64,000 nt of DNA, taken from Cenococcum geophilum (taxonomy: Eukaryota). The notes beneath the pieces were generated by a model, which had not been told where the DNA came from, did not search any database, and saw only the letters and a list, made by a program, of their open reading frames with translations. Location: positions 7,998,001 through 8,062,000 of the forward strand of contig CP158635.1 of NCBI GenBank assembly GCA_050273025.1, given 5' to 3'. This document shows, piece by piece, positions 35,351 to 48,000 of the stretch. Position numbers and translations under genes: made by a program. The first letter of the stretch is position 1. Every line of letters begins with the position of its first letter.

Positions 35351-38283
35351 AGTCTTACTCCTACTCCCTTTTAACCTAACCTTTAACTCGTATATATAGA
35401 GTATTTATATTAATAAATGTCTCTAGAGCCTTGTTTAGGTTTACCTTTATTATTATATTTACTAGGTTGTCTTGGCCGTTAATTTATTAAATCTTAAAGA
35501 GTTTTTACCATTTGTAGAATTACTAAAGTGCTATAATATCGATTATAAGACGCTTCTCCTTTATAGTACTAAGCTTAACTAAACACTTATAGAGGGAATA
35601 TAAGTTAGTGCACATAATTATAGGGATAATAGGAATTTTAAGTTAATTTATAATTATTTTTAGGGTAGTTCTAATTGTAATTACTATATTAACTCCGCTA
35701 ACTATTCTATATATCTCTAATACTAGAACGCTTTAAGTAACGCGCTTACTCTTAGTTAAGCTCTAATAGATAAGATTACTATAGATTATAAAGTTATTCT
35801 CTCTAGTAGATTTGTTTATAATAATAATTTTATATCCTAACTAGGAGCTAAAATCTTTGTTATTTATAAATAATCTATTAATAAATATAAAGAGCTTAGT
35901 AGTAGGAAGATTGATAGGTATATAGAGTATTCCCTAATTAAGATGATTTATTTACTAGGAAAGACGCTTATTTAAGGTAAGAACGTTATTCTTAGTTAGT
36001 TCCTAGTATTAAGCGGCAATAGAGAGATTAAATAAAGCCTTAAGTTAATAGATAGAAGTAATATAAGCTCTATAAGCGCGTTGCTCTATATATCCTTGCT
36101 TTAAAGAATTAACGTTAATAACGTTAATCTTCTTACCTTAACCCTTCTAGCGTAAAGTAATATAATCCTTATTTAGGGAGAGGATGCATTTATTAAAAAG
36201 TAATGGTGTTATTAAATTAAGCTTTTCCTTTAGCTTTGCTATAAGATTTGCCTTTACTAGCTTATCTTCTTTAAAAGCTAAGAATTGGTCGTCTCCTAAA
36301 ATAATTATATTACTAGTTTATATGCCAACGATTCTAAATAGAGTTCCCGTAGCTATAATAAGAAAGTAGGGATTAAATATAGAAGTAGTTATTAAGAGCT
36401 TCTCTTTATGGTGCTTACTATAAGTAGCCTACTAATAAGTTCCCGCCTCTGCAATTCTATATAATAGCTTAAGTATAACTATAATTATATCTTTAAAATA
36501 TTAGTGGCAAATTTACTCTAGAAGGTATACTAATATTAAGCGCTAAAGGTGCGTCTCTAATTAGGTATAGGCCTAAGTAATATCTTATAAATAAACCGCT
36601 ATTTTATTCTTTATTAAGGAGGGAGCTAGCATAATAATAACTTGCTAACTAGCTTGTTAAATTATAAAAGACTGCGTAAGGATTACCTCCTTACTATTAT
36701 TATTATAACCTTAAATAATAAGCCTTAATTTCTTAAATAGGGTGTTAGTAGCTTTACCCTTAATCTTATTAACCATTTTTAACTTAAAGATGTAAACTCT
36801 ATTAAATTTAGTAGGGTTATACTTCTTAAATTTAAAGACTTCTCTTATAATAAAACTATTAATCTTCTACTTATTAGATGCTTAGAAAGGAGCTCTAAAG
36901 GTTATAATATAACCTTCTTTTTAGAGCTATTTTATAAGCTTAAAGTTAGCCTTCTCCTTAGCTGTTATAAAGGCCATTAATAACTTAACTCTATTCTTAA
37001 TGGCGGCAACGAATTGCTCTTTAAAATTAATAAGATGTTGGCGATTTTATAATCCCTTTAGGCGACCTCTACCGCGTCGTAGTTACGGCATATCTACTAT
37101 AATTATATTAGAATTATAGTTCTCCTTTAGGTTTTCTTTTAGGGCATCCTATAAAGGCTTAAAACTATTATCTTTATAGTAAGGCTTAATAACAGTTAAA
37201 TAGAATTAAGTAGGTCTGTAAGGCATTTAAATAGTATAAGTTTAACCATTAATTATAATAAGTTAATATGGGCCTAATTATCCTCCCTTTTTACGCCATA
37301 TGTATACCTTAGATTAAAGTGGCAGATTAAGCGTAGTTAAGGTATTTGGGCCATTTCTTATTCCTAGTACATTATTAACCTAGCGTATAGCGTAAAGACG
37401 TTATATCTCTTTTATTGCCTTATAAATAGCCTTAGCTTATTATATAATAGAAGGAGATAGTAAAGAATTATTAGTTATTTAAGGGTAGGCGCTAAAGGCT
37501 AGTAATATAGGTATAAGTCTATTTAGGCTAGCGGAATTACTAATAGCTTTAACAGCTATTTATAAGGTAAGTTTTTTATTAGCGTCCTCTAGTTTTAAAG
37601 AGATAATCTTATATACGCGGCGTAATGGCGCGTAATATTGCTCTACTTTTCCGATACTATTATATACCTTAACAGGAACTTCCTTAACCTTAATTACTAT
37701 TGCCTTTATCTATTATTAAAACTCTATAGATAAAAAAAAATCTTTTTTATATTATAGATAATTTAATTAGGGGGTTCTAGGTAGATATTAATCTAATATA
37801 ATTAAAGGGTATTCTATATATTTCTAGCTAATATATCCTTTAAAAAACATATAGCTTAGAAAAAGGTTAAGAAATTAATAACTTAGAGTACTAGCTTGCC
37901 GCTAAAATATATAACGTTAATAATAATATAGAAGTTAAAGTCGTAGTTATCTTTAAGGGTAAACTTAAATTGGCTAGGGGACTTTTAGTTTATTTAGTAG
38001 TAATAGCAGTACTTTATAAGATACTTAATCGCCTTAACCTTAACTTTATAGCCTACTTGCTAAAGAACCCTAAGTAATTAGTAAATAGATAGGTAGCTAA
38101 AACGATGGTATAGTTAATGTAATTCTAGCTTAGTTAAGTGGCTCTAAGTAATACTCTTTTCTAGTTAATAAAGGAGCAACTAGGGGTAACCCTACTTGCG
38201 TATAACGGGTACCCAATTATCTCCCTAAATAAGTATATTCTTAAGGTTATTAAGCTTAACGCCTAATTTATCTATATCTCTAA
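35351..38283 (-). mobile_element. RIPed Ty1/Copia pol (integrase-RT-RNase H); apparently continues at 63156-63498
   Basis: Minus-strand fungal copia-like RT (...VNKIKGKAT....KSRL(V)I(Q)GY; PLYG..EAG..W..TY..(H)(H)) at ~36250-36850 and integrase (G..E(R)Y(H)APLRR.Y.II) at ~37400-37950. Confidence 0.75.
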
Positions 38284-38594
38284 TATAACGAAGCCTTATA
38301 GGAAATACTACGGTGGACTTGTTAATAGGCTAGGTATATAGGTAAATAGGAAGTTAATAACGTAATAATAACTAGTGGAGTAGTTGCCTAATAGATTAAC
38401 TCTAATTGTATTTTAAGATTTACTATAAAGAAGAGAACTATCTAGGTAGGGACTGTGGTCCTTTAAATACACAACTATACTCCTAAGAAATCCCCTTTAT
38501 ACGTAAATAGATTACGTTATATAACCTTAGCTACCATTTTTTATTATATAGCTCTACTGGTTCTATTCTAGACCGTACCTATATTAACTAACTA

Positions 38595-41301
38595 CATCGG
38601 GAAAATATTCGCAGGATGAGATTTAAGTAGACTTTAGTTTTCGCGTTTCGCGTAATTAACATGCAATTTAACTAACTTAACACGCAATTAACTAACTTAA
38701 TATACAATTAACCAACTTAATATGCAATTTAATTAACTTAACACGTAGTTGACCTACTTAATATATAATTTAACTAACTTAACACACAATTGACTTACTT
38801 AATATATAGTTAACCTACTTAACAACTTTAAAAGCTAACTGTATATTTCTTAACGTGCGATTAAGGTAAAGTTATATACTATATATTTAACTATTATATA
38901 TAATCCTATACAATCTTATACAATCTCATACAATCTTATAGTCTTATTACTTGGAGGCTCTGCACGAGGCTCTATACGAAGCTCTACGTATAGAGGCTCT
39001 GCACGAAGCTCTACGTATAGAGGCTCTGCATAAAGCTTTGCACGAAGCTTCGCATAAGGCTCTTCACGAGGCTCTACACGAAGCTCTGCGTACAGAGGCT
39101 CTGCACGAAGCTCTGCACGAAGCTCTGCACGAAGCTCTGCACGAAGCTCTGCACGAAGCTCTACACGAAGCTCTGCACGAAGCTCTGCACGAAGCTCTGC
39201 ACGAAGCTCTGTACGAAGCTCTACACGAGGCTCTGCACGAGGCTCTGCGCGAGGCTCTGCGCGAAGCTCTGCGTACAGAGGCTCTGCACAAGGCTCTGCG
39301 AGAAGCTCTGCGTACAGAGGCTCTGCACGAGGCTCTGCGCGAAGCTCTGCGTACAGAGGCTCTACACGAAGCTCTGCATCGGGTCCCCGCTATATTCCTA
39401 ATAGCCTCTACACGTGCCTCTACCCTATATAACCACCTTATTTTTTACCCTTCCTTTCTTCTTTATATCCTCCCTACCTAGGGAGGTACCAAAACGGTAG
39501 CTAGTAGAGAACTATTACTAGAACTAGACGACCGTCGCTAAAACTAGATAACCATTACTAAAACTAGACGACTATTACTAGCTAAACAACCGTCGCCAGA
39601 ACTAGACGACTGTCGCTAAAACTAAATAACCATTACTAGCTAGATAACCGTTACCAGAACTAGACAACTATTGCTAAAGCTAGACGACTATCGCCAGAAC
39701 TAAATAACCGTTGCTAGCGCTAGACGACCGTTACTAGAACTAAATAACCGTTGCTAGCTAGACGACTATTACTAGAACTAGATAACCGTTGCTAAAGCCA
39801 AACAACCGTCGCTAGAACTAGACGACTATTACTAGTACTAGACGACTGTTGCTAGAACTAGACAACCGTCGCTGGCTAAATAACCATTACTAGAACTAGA
39901 CGATTATTACTAGAGCTAGATAACCGTTGCTAAAACTAGACAACCGTTACTAAAACTAGATAACCGTTACTAGCGTTAAACGACCGTTGCTAGAACTAAA
40001 CAACCGTTGCTAGCTAGACAACCGTTACTAGAATTAGATAACTATTACTAAAGCTAAACAATTGTCGCCAGAACTAGACGACTATTGCTAGCGCTAGACG
40101 ACCGTCGCTAGAACTAGACAATCGTCGCTAGCTAGATAACTATTACTAGAACTAGATAACCGTTGCTAAAGCTAGACAACCGTTACTAAAACTAGATAAC
40201 CGTTGCTAGAACTAGACAACCGTCGCTAAAACTAAATAACCGTCGCTAAAACTAGACAACCGTTGCCAGCTAGATGACCGTTACTAAAACTAGATAATTA
40301 TTGCCAGAGCTAGACGACCGTCGCTAAAACTAGACAACCGTTACTAGCGCTAGATAACCGTTACTAGAACTAGATAACCGTTGCTAGCTAGATAACCGTT
40401 ACTAGAACTAGACGACCGTTGCCAGAGCTAGATAACTATTGCTAGAACTAGACAACCGTCGCTAGAGCTAGATAATAATAACTAGCCAGCTAATACTATA
40501 AACGATTTAATTAATTAATCGAATTAAGGTAATATAGACAGGTAGGCATAAATAGGTAGATATTAACGGGTTAGGTAAATATAGACAAGTAGGTAGATAT
40601 AGATAGGTAAGTAAATATAGATAGGTAGGCAGATATAGACAGATAAGTAGATATAGATAGGCAAGCAGATATAAATAGGTAGGTAAATACTAACGGGTAG
40701 GTAGATATAAATAGGTAAGTAAATGCAGATAAGTAGATATAGATAAGTAGGTAGATATAGATAGGTAAGTAGATATAGATAAGTAAGCAAATATAGATAG
40801 GTAGATAGATACTAACGGGTAGGTAAATATAAATAGGTAGGTAAATGTAGATAGGTAGGTAAATACAAATAGGTAGATATAGATAGGTAGGTAATATAGA
40901 TAGGTAGGTAGATACAAATAGGTAGGTAATGTAGGCAGGTAGGTAAGTTAATAGGTATAGTAAATAGGTAGAAAAGAACCATCGCTATATTATAATAAAT
41001 TATCTAAAATAATAATATTTATTTTGCTAGCCTTATAAATAGCTTTAAAATAGCTTTTATTTATTTAAAATATGTTATTAGTATAAAAGAGGTAAATATA
41101 ATTATGGTTGCTAAATACGCAGATTGCTGGTAGGTTGCGCGTAGGTTACGCGTAGGTTGCGCGCAGGCTGCGCGCAGGCTGCGTGTCAAAAAAACATAAC
41201 ATAGGCTAGTCGGTCGAGTTGCCAAATGCCCTCAACTGCGCGCCAATTGCGTCAACCACCAACCACTGAGGCCATTGAAAGGGTACTATATTTTGCCGAT
41301 A
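38595..41301. mobile_element. Non-autonomous ~2.7-kb TIR element with TA TSD, filled with minisatellites, inserted in the 3' LTR of Gypsy A
   Basis: TIRs CATCGGGAAAATAT / ATATTTTGCCGATA. The empty site in the sister LTR is taactaactagcttcttc (56691-56708), so TA is duplicated. Arrays: ~20-bp ttaacacgcaatttaactaac, 12-bp cacgaagctctg (38955-39378), ~20-bp ctagaactagacgaccgtcg (39500-40470), and taggtagata microsatellite (40540-40970). Confidence 0.85.
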
Positions 41302-42049
41302 TAGCTTCTTCTAACTTCTCTCCTAGTAGTTATAATATTGTACTTAAAGCGTCTATAACACTATCTCCCTCCTCTTTATCTTCGTCCTTAAAGATTTTAA
41401 ATATCTTTAAGTTGTTTACTAAAGGTATAATATCTGTCTAATTAATTTGGTTAATATCGTTGCTTAATACCTAAAGCTTCTCCTTCCTCTTCGACTGTTT
41501 GTCGTGCTCGTACTATTGCTGCAATATTATCTCTTAGTAAGATTATACTATCTCTGTATTCTCGTTATTCGAAAAAGGGGTTGGTTTATATTACGTTGGC
41601 AAGCCTATCCTTATAATAACTGTCCTCTTACTTAAAGTGCACTAAAGCGAATATTTATTCGTCCTATAACGTTCGCTCCGTCTCTAATACTAAATATATA
41701 CGTTTTATTACTTTTAATAGTTATCTAGTTCCCTAGTTAATTTATCTTAGGGTCTTATATTTAATCTACTACTGCGCGGCTAAATAATAAACTATTAGTC
41801 GCTCTGGCAAAGTTACGTTGTTCTTATAATGCTAAATAAGAAGCTGCCGATACTTAGTAATAGGCCTTTAACTCTTATCTTACGGCGTCTACTCGGTTAA
41901 TCCGTCTTAAAAAGGTTTATAAGAAGGTCCGTTTTAAGGAGTAGATTCTTTTCTAACTAAGAAGGAAATAAATCTAAGTAGTTTGGCAACTGCTCCTCCT
42001 AAGTTTCCCTTAAGTGATTTATTTTTTAGTAATCCTTTTTTATTAATGC

Positions 42050-45000
42050 TGTTACGGACGCTTTAAGTACAATGTTACAACTACTTAGAGAAGAGTCGAA
42101 AGAAGCTAGTTAGTTAATATAAGCACGGTCTAGGATAGAACCCGTAGAACTATATAACAAAGAATGGTAGCTAAGGTTACATAAGGTGCTACGTAAGGAA
42201 CGTAAAGAATAAAGGGAACTTATATACCTTACGTATAATATATATATTACGTATAAGAAGGATTTTATAGGAGTACGGTTATATATTTAAGGACCCTTAG
42301 TCCCTACCTAGATAGTTCCTTCCTTATAGTAATTCTTAGAATATAATTAGAGTTAATCTATTAGGCAACTACTCCACTAGTTATTATTACGTTATTAACT
42401 ACTATCTTTACATTTCCTATACACCTAGCCTATCAATAGAACCCATTATAGTTCCTACTACAAGGTTCTATTATATAATTACTACCTAGTTATAATATTA
42501 AATATAGAAAGTTAAATAATATGCCACTAAAAGCAGCTACTATAACGCCATTAACAGCGGCAACTACTTTAAGGTTAGGGGGTAACACTAATATAGCGGA
42601 CACTAACTCACAATAACCTATAATAGTAGGACAATTATAAGAAATAGTGGATTAATTAACAGAAAATAATACAGTACTTAAAAATAGACTTAATAAAATT
42701 GGAGTAGTAAAGGTTAAGTTACTATTAATCAAATAATTTTTAGGAGAGAGATTAAAGCTTAAAGGATTTTTAACGTAGATGCATTTTAAAGTCATGCAAG
42801 AAGGGGCTAAGTTAGCCATAATAATGGACCAAATAGCCTACGTAGGACTATTCCTAACGGGTTAAGCACTTAAATGGTTTAAACCCTACTTAATAAAAAT
42901 ATAGACTAACGGAATAACTACTGCCAATTAAGAGGTACAATTTGTGTTTTCTAGCTAGGTAGGATTCGCGGAATAATTAACACAGATATTTAGGGACCCG
43001 GAAGTAACAACTATAGTAAAAAAAAAGCTTTAGGACCTAATATAGCGAACTTTAGCAATTGAGTATATAATATAGTTTTAAATACTTGCGATATAAGTCG
43101 AGTGGAATAATAAGGCGCTTATGGCATAGTATAAATAGGGACTTAAGGCTAAAATCTAGGACGCAATTATTCTAATAGAAGATATAGATACCCTAAGGGA
43201 ATTAATAGATTAAGCGATTAAGATTAATAATAGGATCTTTTAAAGGGAATAGGCTAAGAAAGGCTAGGATAGAGTTCTATAGTTATATAAGGCGCAGAGC
43301 GCGTAACAACTAAAGCTAAGTTAAAAACTATAGTATGGCGTAGAGCTAATAGACCTAAGTAGTACTAAAGAAGCCTATAAGAGATAGAGTAAGAAACTAT
43401 AGAAACCTAGAGGTTAAGGATCTAGTAATTATAGGACTAAGAAGCATAGGCTAAACTAGGGATCTTATTAGCAGAAGATATTTAGGCGAACTCTATAACA
43501 GAGTTAGTGGTTTAGAGATAGAGCTTACATAAATTACGGAAAATAGGGTTATTTCGCGAGGGATTATAAAGATAGTTAAAGTTACTATATAATAAAGGGA
43601 ACTAGACTAATAGTAGGAGATATATACGTATAGAGGGATAATAGTATACTGCGTAGAATAAAAGAGTGTTTAATTAAAAGTTTCGCGTTTTATTATAACA
43701 ACGTATACCAAATTTATAAAAACGCTAAGTATAGTGCAAGCTATTGGCTATAAGAGCTAGAGTTAAAAGGACTTAAAGGAACTAAAGAGTTAAATAAAGA
43801 ATAAGATTAACTCTACGAGCTGGATTAAGATATTATAGTAACGTATAAATAACGATTAGCAATAATAACAATAGAGTTAGAGTACTTATTAATTAACAGT
43901 AATGAGGACAGTAAAGGAACTAACTAGGGGTATCTAAACCTTAATAACGTAATAAAAGTAGAGACTAAGACCACTATAGAGCAAGGTTTAGTAATGGGTA
44001 TTATAATACCATTAGACACGGCGTCTATCGCTTTATAAGACGGAAGGAGTAATATTTAAAGACGATTAAGTAAGTAGACGACTGCTAGTGCTAGCTTACC
44101 ACTTAATAAAGGTAAAAGGCTATAGGCTTAAGATTCTTAAGACGAGATAAGAGATAACTAAGATTCTTAAGATGAGATAAGGTATACCTAAGGACCCACA
44201 ACAGACGAAAATTGATAGAGTAGGGTAGTAGCTTAGTTTAAGAATATATAAATAAGCTTGGGATAAGAGTTTCCTATAGTATAAGATTCTTAAGATAAGA
44301 TAAGTAAGATTTAAGACTCTTAAGATAAGATAAGAATACTACGGACGCCTAGTTAGACTAAGGCGGGAGCTAAGCTTAAGTTAGAAGTAAGCTTAGGATT
44401 AAGTAATCTAAGGGGTTAAGAATTCGGAGTATAAATTAGGATACCTATAAGTAAGAGGTAAGGAGCTTCTTTATAGATTAGAGAATCTGTAGCACAAATA
44501 GTAATTAGACTAGGAGACAGATATATAAACCTAGAGGACTTACTAGGGGAATATAGTGTTTAGCCTAAAGATTAAAAAGTTAATACTAAGATTAAGAAGT
44601 ATAGAGACTTTAAGGATCTACTTATAAGACGCGACGTAAAGGAAATTATGGAGAAATTTAGAGTAAGAATTACCTTATAGTAAGAACAGAAACTAGAAAA
44701 GAGATTTAGCATATTAGGACGTATAAAGGATAGAGCGCTAGTATAAAGGATTACTAATAGGCCTAGAGTAGGCATATTAAGAGCTAAGTAGTTTACCGAA
44801 CTAGAATAAGAAGAGGATTTAGAGATTCCTACTAGGTTCGAGGAACGACATACTAAAGGCTGTTACAACGTAGTAATAAAGAGATATTTCCTTATAGACG
44901 AACCGTATATACTTAAGTAGCTGTACTAAAAGTGGTATAGGTAACGACACAATGATAAGTAAGAAGATTTCTATATATGGTTAGACGAAAAAGTTGCCCA

Positions 45001-48000
45001 AAACTACCTAATTACAGAGAAGGCTATAACTTATATTAAGGGAGCCTTAATTATAACGTTAAAGGATCTAAAGAAGTAATTAGAGAACTAAAGAAGCGAA
45101 AGATGAATCTTAGTACCCGTAAATAAAGTTATAACACTTAGATTAATATAAGAGAGGTTTAAACTCTAGGATGAAGACAAACTAAGAGTTAACCTAAGAT
45201 ATTAAGCATATTATACACTATCGTAAATAGCATGTATAGATGATGCGTATAATATATATAGAGCACTAAAGGATAAAAATTAAAAGTATCTAATAAGAAT
45301 ATATTAAATAATAGATAAGGCAAAGTATTAAAATGCTAAGTATATGTATAGTTAGTACCTAGTAGAAGTTTAAGAATAAGGGGACTTAATACTTTAACCA
45401 GGAAGATTCCTTATAGAAGAATGCCTAAATGGACAATAATGGTAGGAATATCTAAAGAATACCTGTCTATAATATATTAAAGACAAAAAACGAACTAAGT
45501 ATTAGTCTAAGTTAGACTAAGTATAAATAGGATCTAGTAGCTAGTAGTTAGGAAAAGTAGAGGCCTATAGGACTAGAGGGAACTAGTAGTAAAGCCTTAG
45601 ACCCTTAAAGGAATTTAAGGATAACACCTAAATTTACAAGTTAAGTGGCAAGATTAATAGTTTAAGGCATTAATAGATAGTAGAGTAATAAGGAACCATA
45701 TTTTACTAGCAGTAGTTAAAAGAATAGGGTTACTACACCGGCAGAAGGAACGTTTTTACCTATTAGTAACAATTTTAGGAGATCTAATAGCCTATAGAGG
45801 AGGCATTATTAATCTTAAAATAGGACCTATTTAGTTAACCATTAAAGGAAGATAAGTCGAGATATCTTTTGATATATTACCATTAGGAAATAATAAGGCA
45901 GTATTAGGAATACCTTAGTTATAGGAATATAATCCAAAGATTAATTGGGTTATAGGTTAGGTCGATATTAGAAATACTTAATGCTATAAGATGCGATAAT
46001 AAGCTAAGTTGGTATAGTACTAAGTAGGAGCAACCTACGAAGAAACGGAAAAAGGGCTAAGCTATATACCAAAAAGATACCATAAGTATAGCAAGAAACT
46101 ATAGTTACCTAAAAGTAAAAAGCTATTAGAGTATATAGTATAGGACTATAAAATAGAATTAGAACTAGAAATAAGTCTAAGGTTCTTTCTAATCTATAAG
46201 CTTACCGAAGAAGAAGGGAGAGTATTAAAAGAGTTTATCTAAGAGAACTTACGAAAAGGATATATTAGACTATTATAGTTATCAGCAGGATATCTAGTAT
46301 TATTTGTACTAAAAAAGAATAGTAAACTAAGGCTATATATTAACTATAGACAGTTAAACAGCATTATTAGGAAGAATAGGTATCCTTTACCTTTAATTAG
46401 CGAAATTTAAGATAGGATCGGTAATGCGTAAATCTTTATAAAGATAGATCTAAGATAGGTATACTATTAGATTAGAATTAAGGAAGGCGATAAATAGAAG
46501 GCAGCCTTTAGGTTGAAAGAAGAACTATATAAACCATTAGTTATGTAATTTAGGCTTATAAACGCATTAGCAACGTTCTAAAAGCGTATTAATAATATAT
46601 TAGGAGAATATTTGGATGAATTTGTTATAGTATACCTTAATAATATTATTATCTACTTAATAAATAAGGAAGAGCACGAAGAATACGTTAAATAGGTTTT
46701 AAAGAGACTATAGGAAGAATAGATACTAGTAGTAATTAAGAAATGTGAGTTCTTTACTAGGAAGACTAATTTTATTAGATTTATTATTAAACTAAGCCAA
46801 CTTAGTATAGATCTAAAGAAGATTAAGGCTATAGTAAATTGGTAAGAACTAAAGAACGTTACGTAATTAAGATTATTCCTAGGGTTTTATAATTACTATA
46901 GAAGGTTTATAGCGTAATAGTTAAAGAATATTAAATTATTTACGCGATTAATAAAGAAAGAAGAATTATAGGTATAGGGAGAGGAATAGTAAGAACTCTT
47001 TAAGAAAGTTAAAGAGTTATTTATCTAGGAGCTAGTTTTTAAAATCTATTAACTAGGACTAGAGACGGTTATAAAAATAGATATATTAGACTTTATACTA
47101 GGAGTATACTTTATATAAAAGCATCCAGATAGATGGCATTTAGTGGCATATTATAGTTAGAAGATAATACTACTAGAGTTAAACTATAACATCTACAATA
47201 AGGAGTTATTAGGTATAGTTATAGCACTAAAGAAATAAAAAGCATTTTTATAAGATATAGAAAAACTATTTATAGTTAAAACAGATTATAAGAACCTAAT
47301 AGGATTTCTAATAATAAAGGAGCTTAACTAAAGATAGGTTAGATGGGTAGAGATGCTTATAGAATACTATTTTAAGATTTAGTATACTAAGGGTATAGAC
47401 AACACGCGAGCTAATGCGTTAAGTTAAAAAGCTGAACTATAAAATAACGATAAGCCATTAGGGGCTTTACTATAAAAAGATATAGATGGACTAATTAGGT
47501 ATAATTATCTAAAAATTATAATAACTTAAGAGAATAAGCTAGAAAAGGTTTATAAGATATTAGAAAGCTTTTAGGTATAAAGAATTCTAGAAGTATAACT
47601 AGAAGATCTATAGTTAGATATATATAAAAATTAAGAGGCAAAGTATATCTTAAGAAGTATAGCAGAGTAGTTTATAGAGGACTTCTATAAGGGACTAACT
47701 TAAGGATATAATAGAGCTATAGGCTTAGTATTAAGACTCTAGGAGAAGTATATTATTAATAGAATCTAAAGAATAGCTAGAAGGGTTACTAAAGAGTATT
47801 TAGATTACTAAAGGAATAAACTAATAAGGTATAAGCTATATAGAGAGCTATAACCTATTAAAACACTAGAGAGACTATAGGAGGTTATATTATAGGACTT
47901 TATTATTAAGTTGCTAAAATTAAAAGACCCTATTACTAGATAGGATTATAATATAATTTTAGTAATAGTAGATAAGCTTATAAAGTGGGGATACTTTATA

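Noticed and set aside
38951..39481. 176-aa HEAL-repeat ORF
   Set aside because: Same 12-bp minisatellite inside a non-autonomous TIR element; no coding evidence.
39500..40470. CRISPR-like regular repeat array
   Set aside because: Head-to-tail 16-20-bp units with no unique spacers, eukaryotic context and no cas genes.
40563..40917. YLPIY-repeat ORFs
   Set aside because: Translations of a TAGG/TAGA microsatellite.
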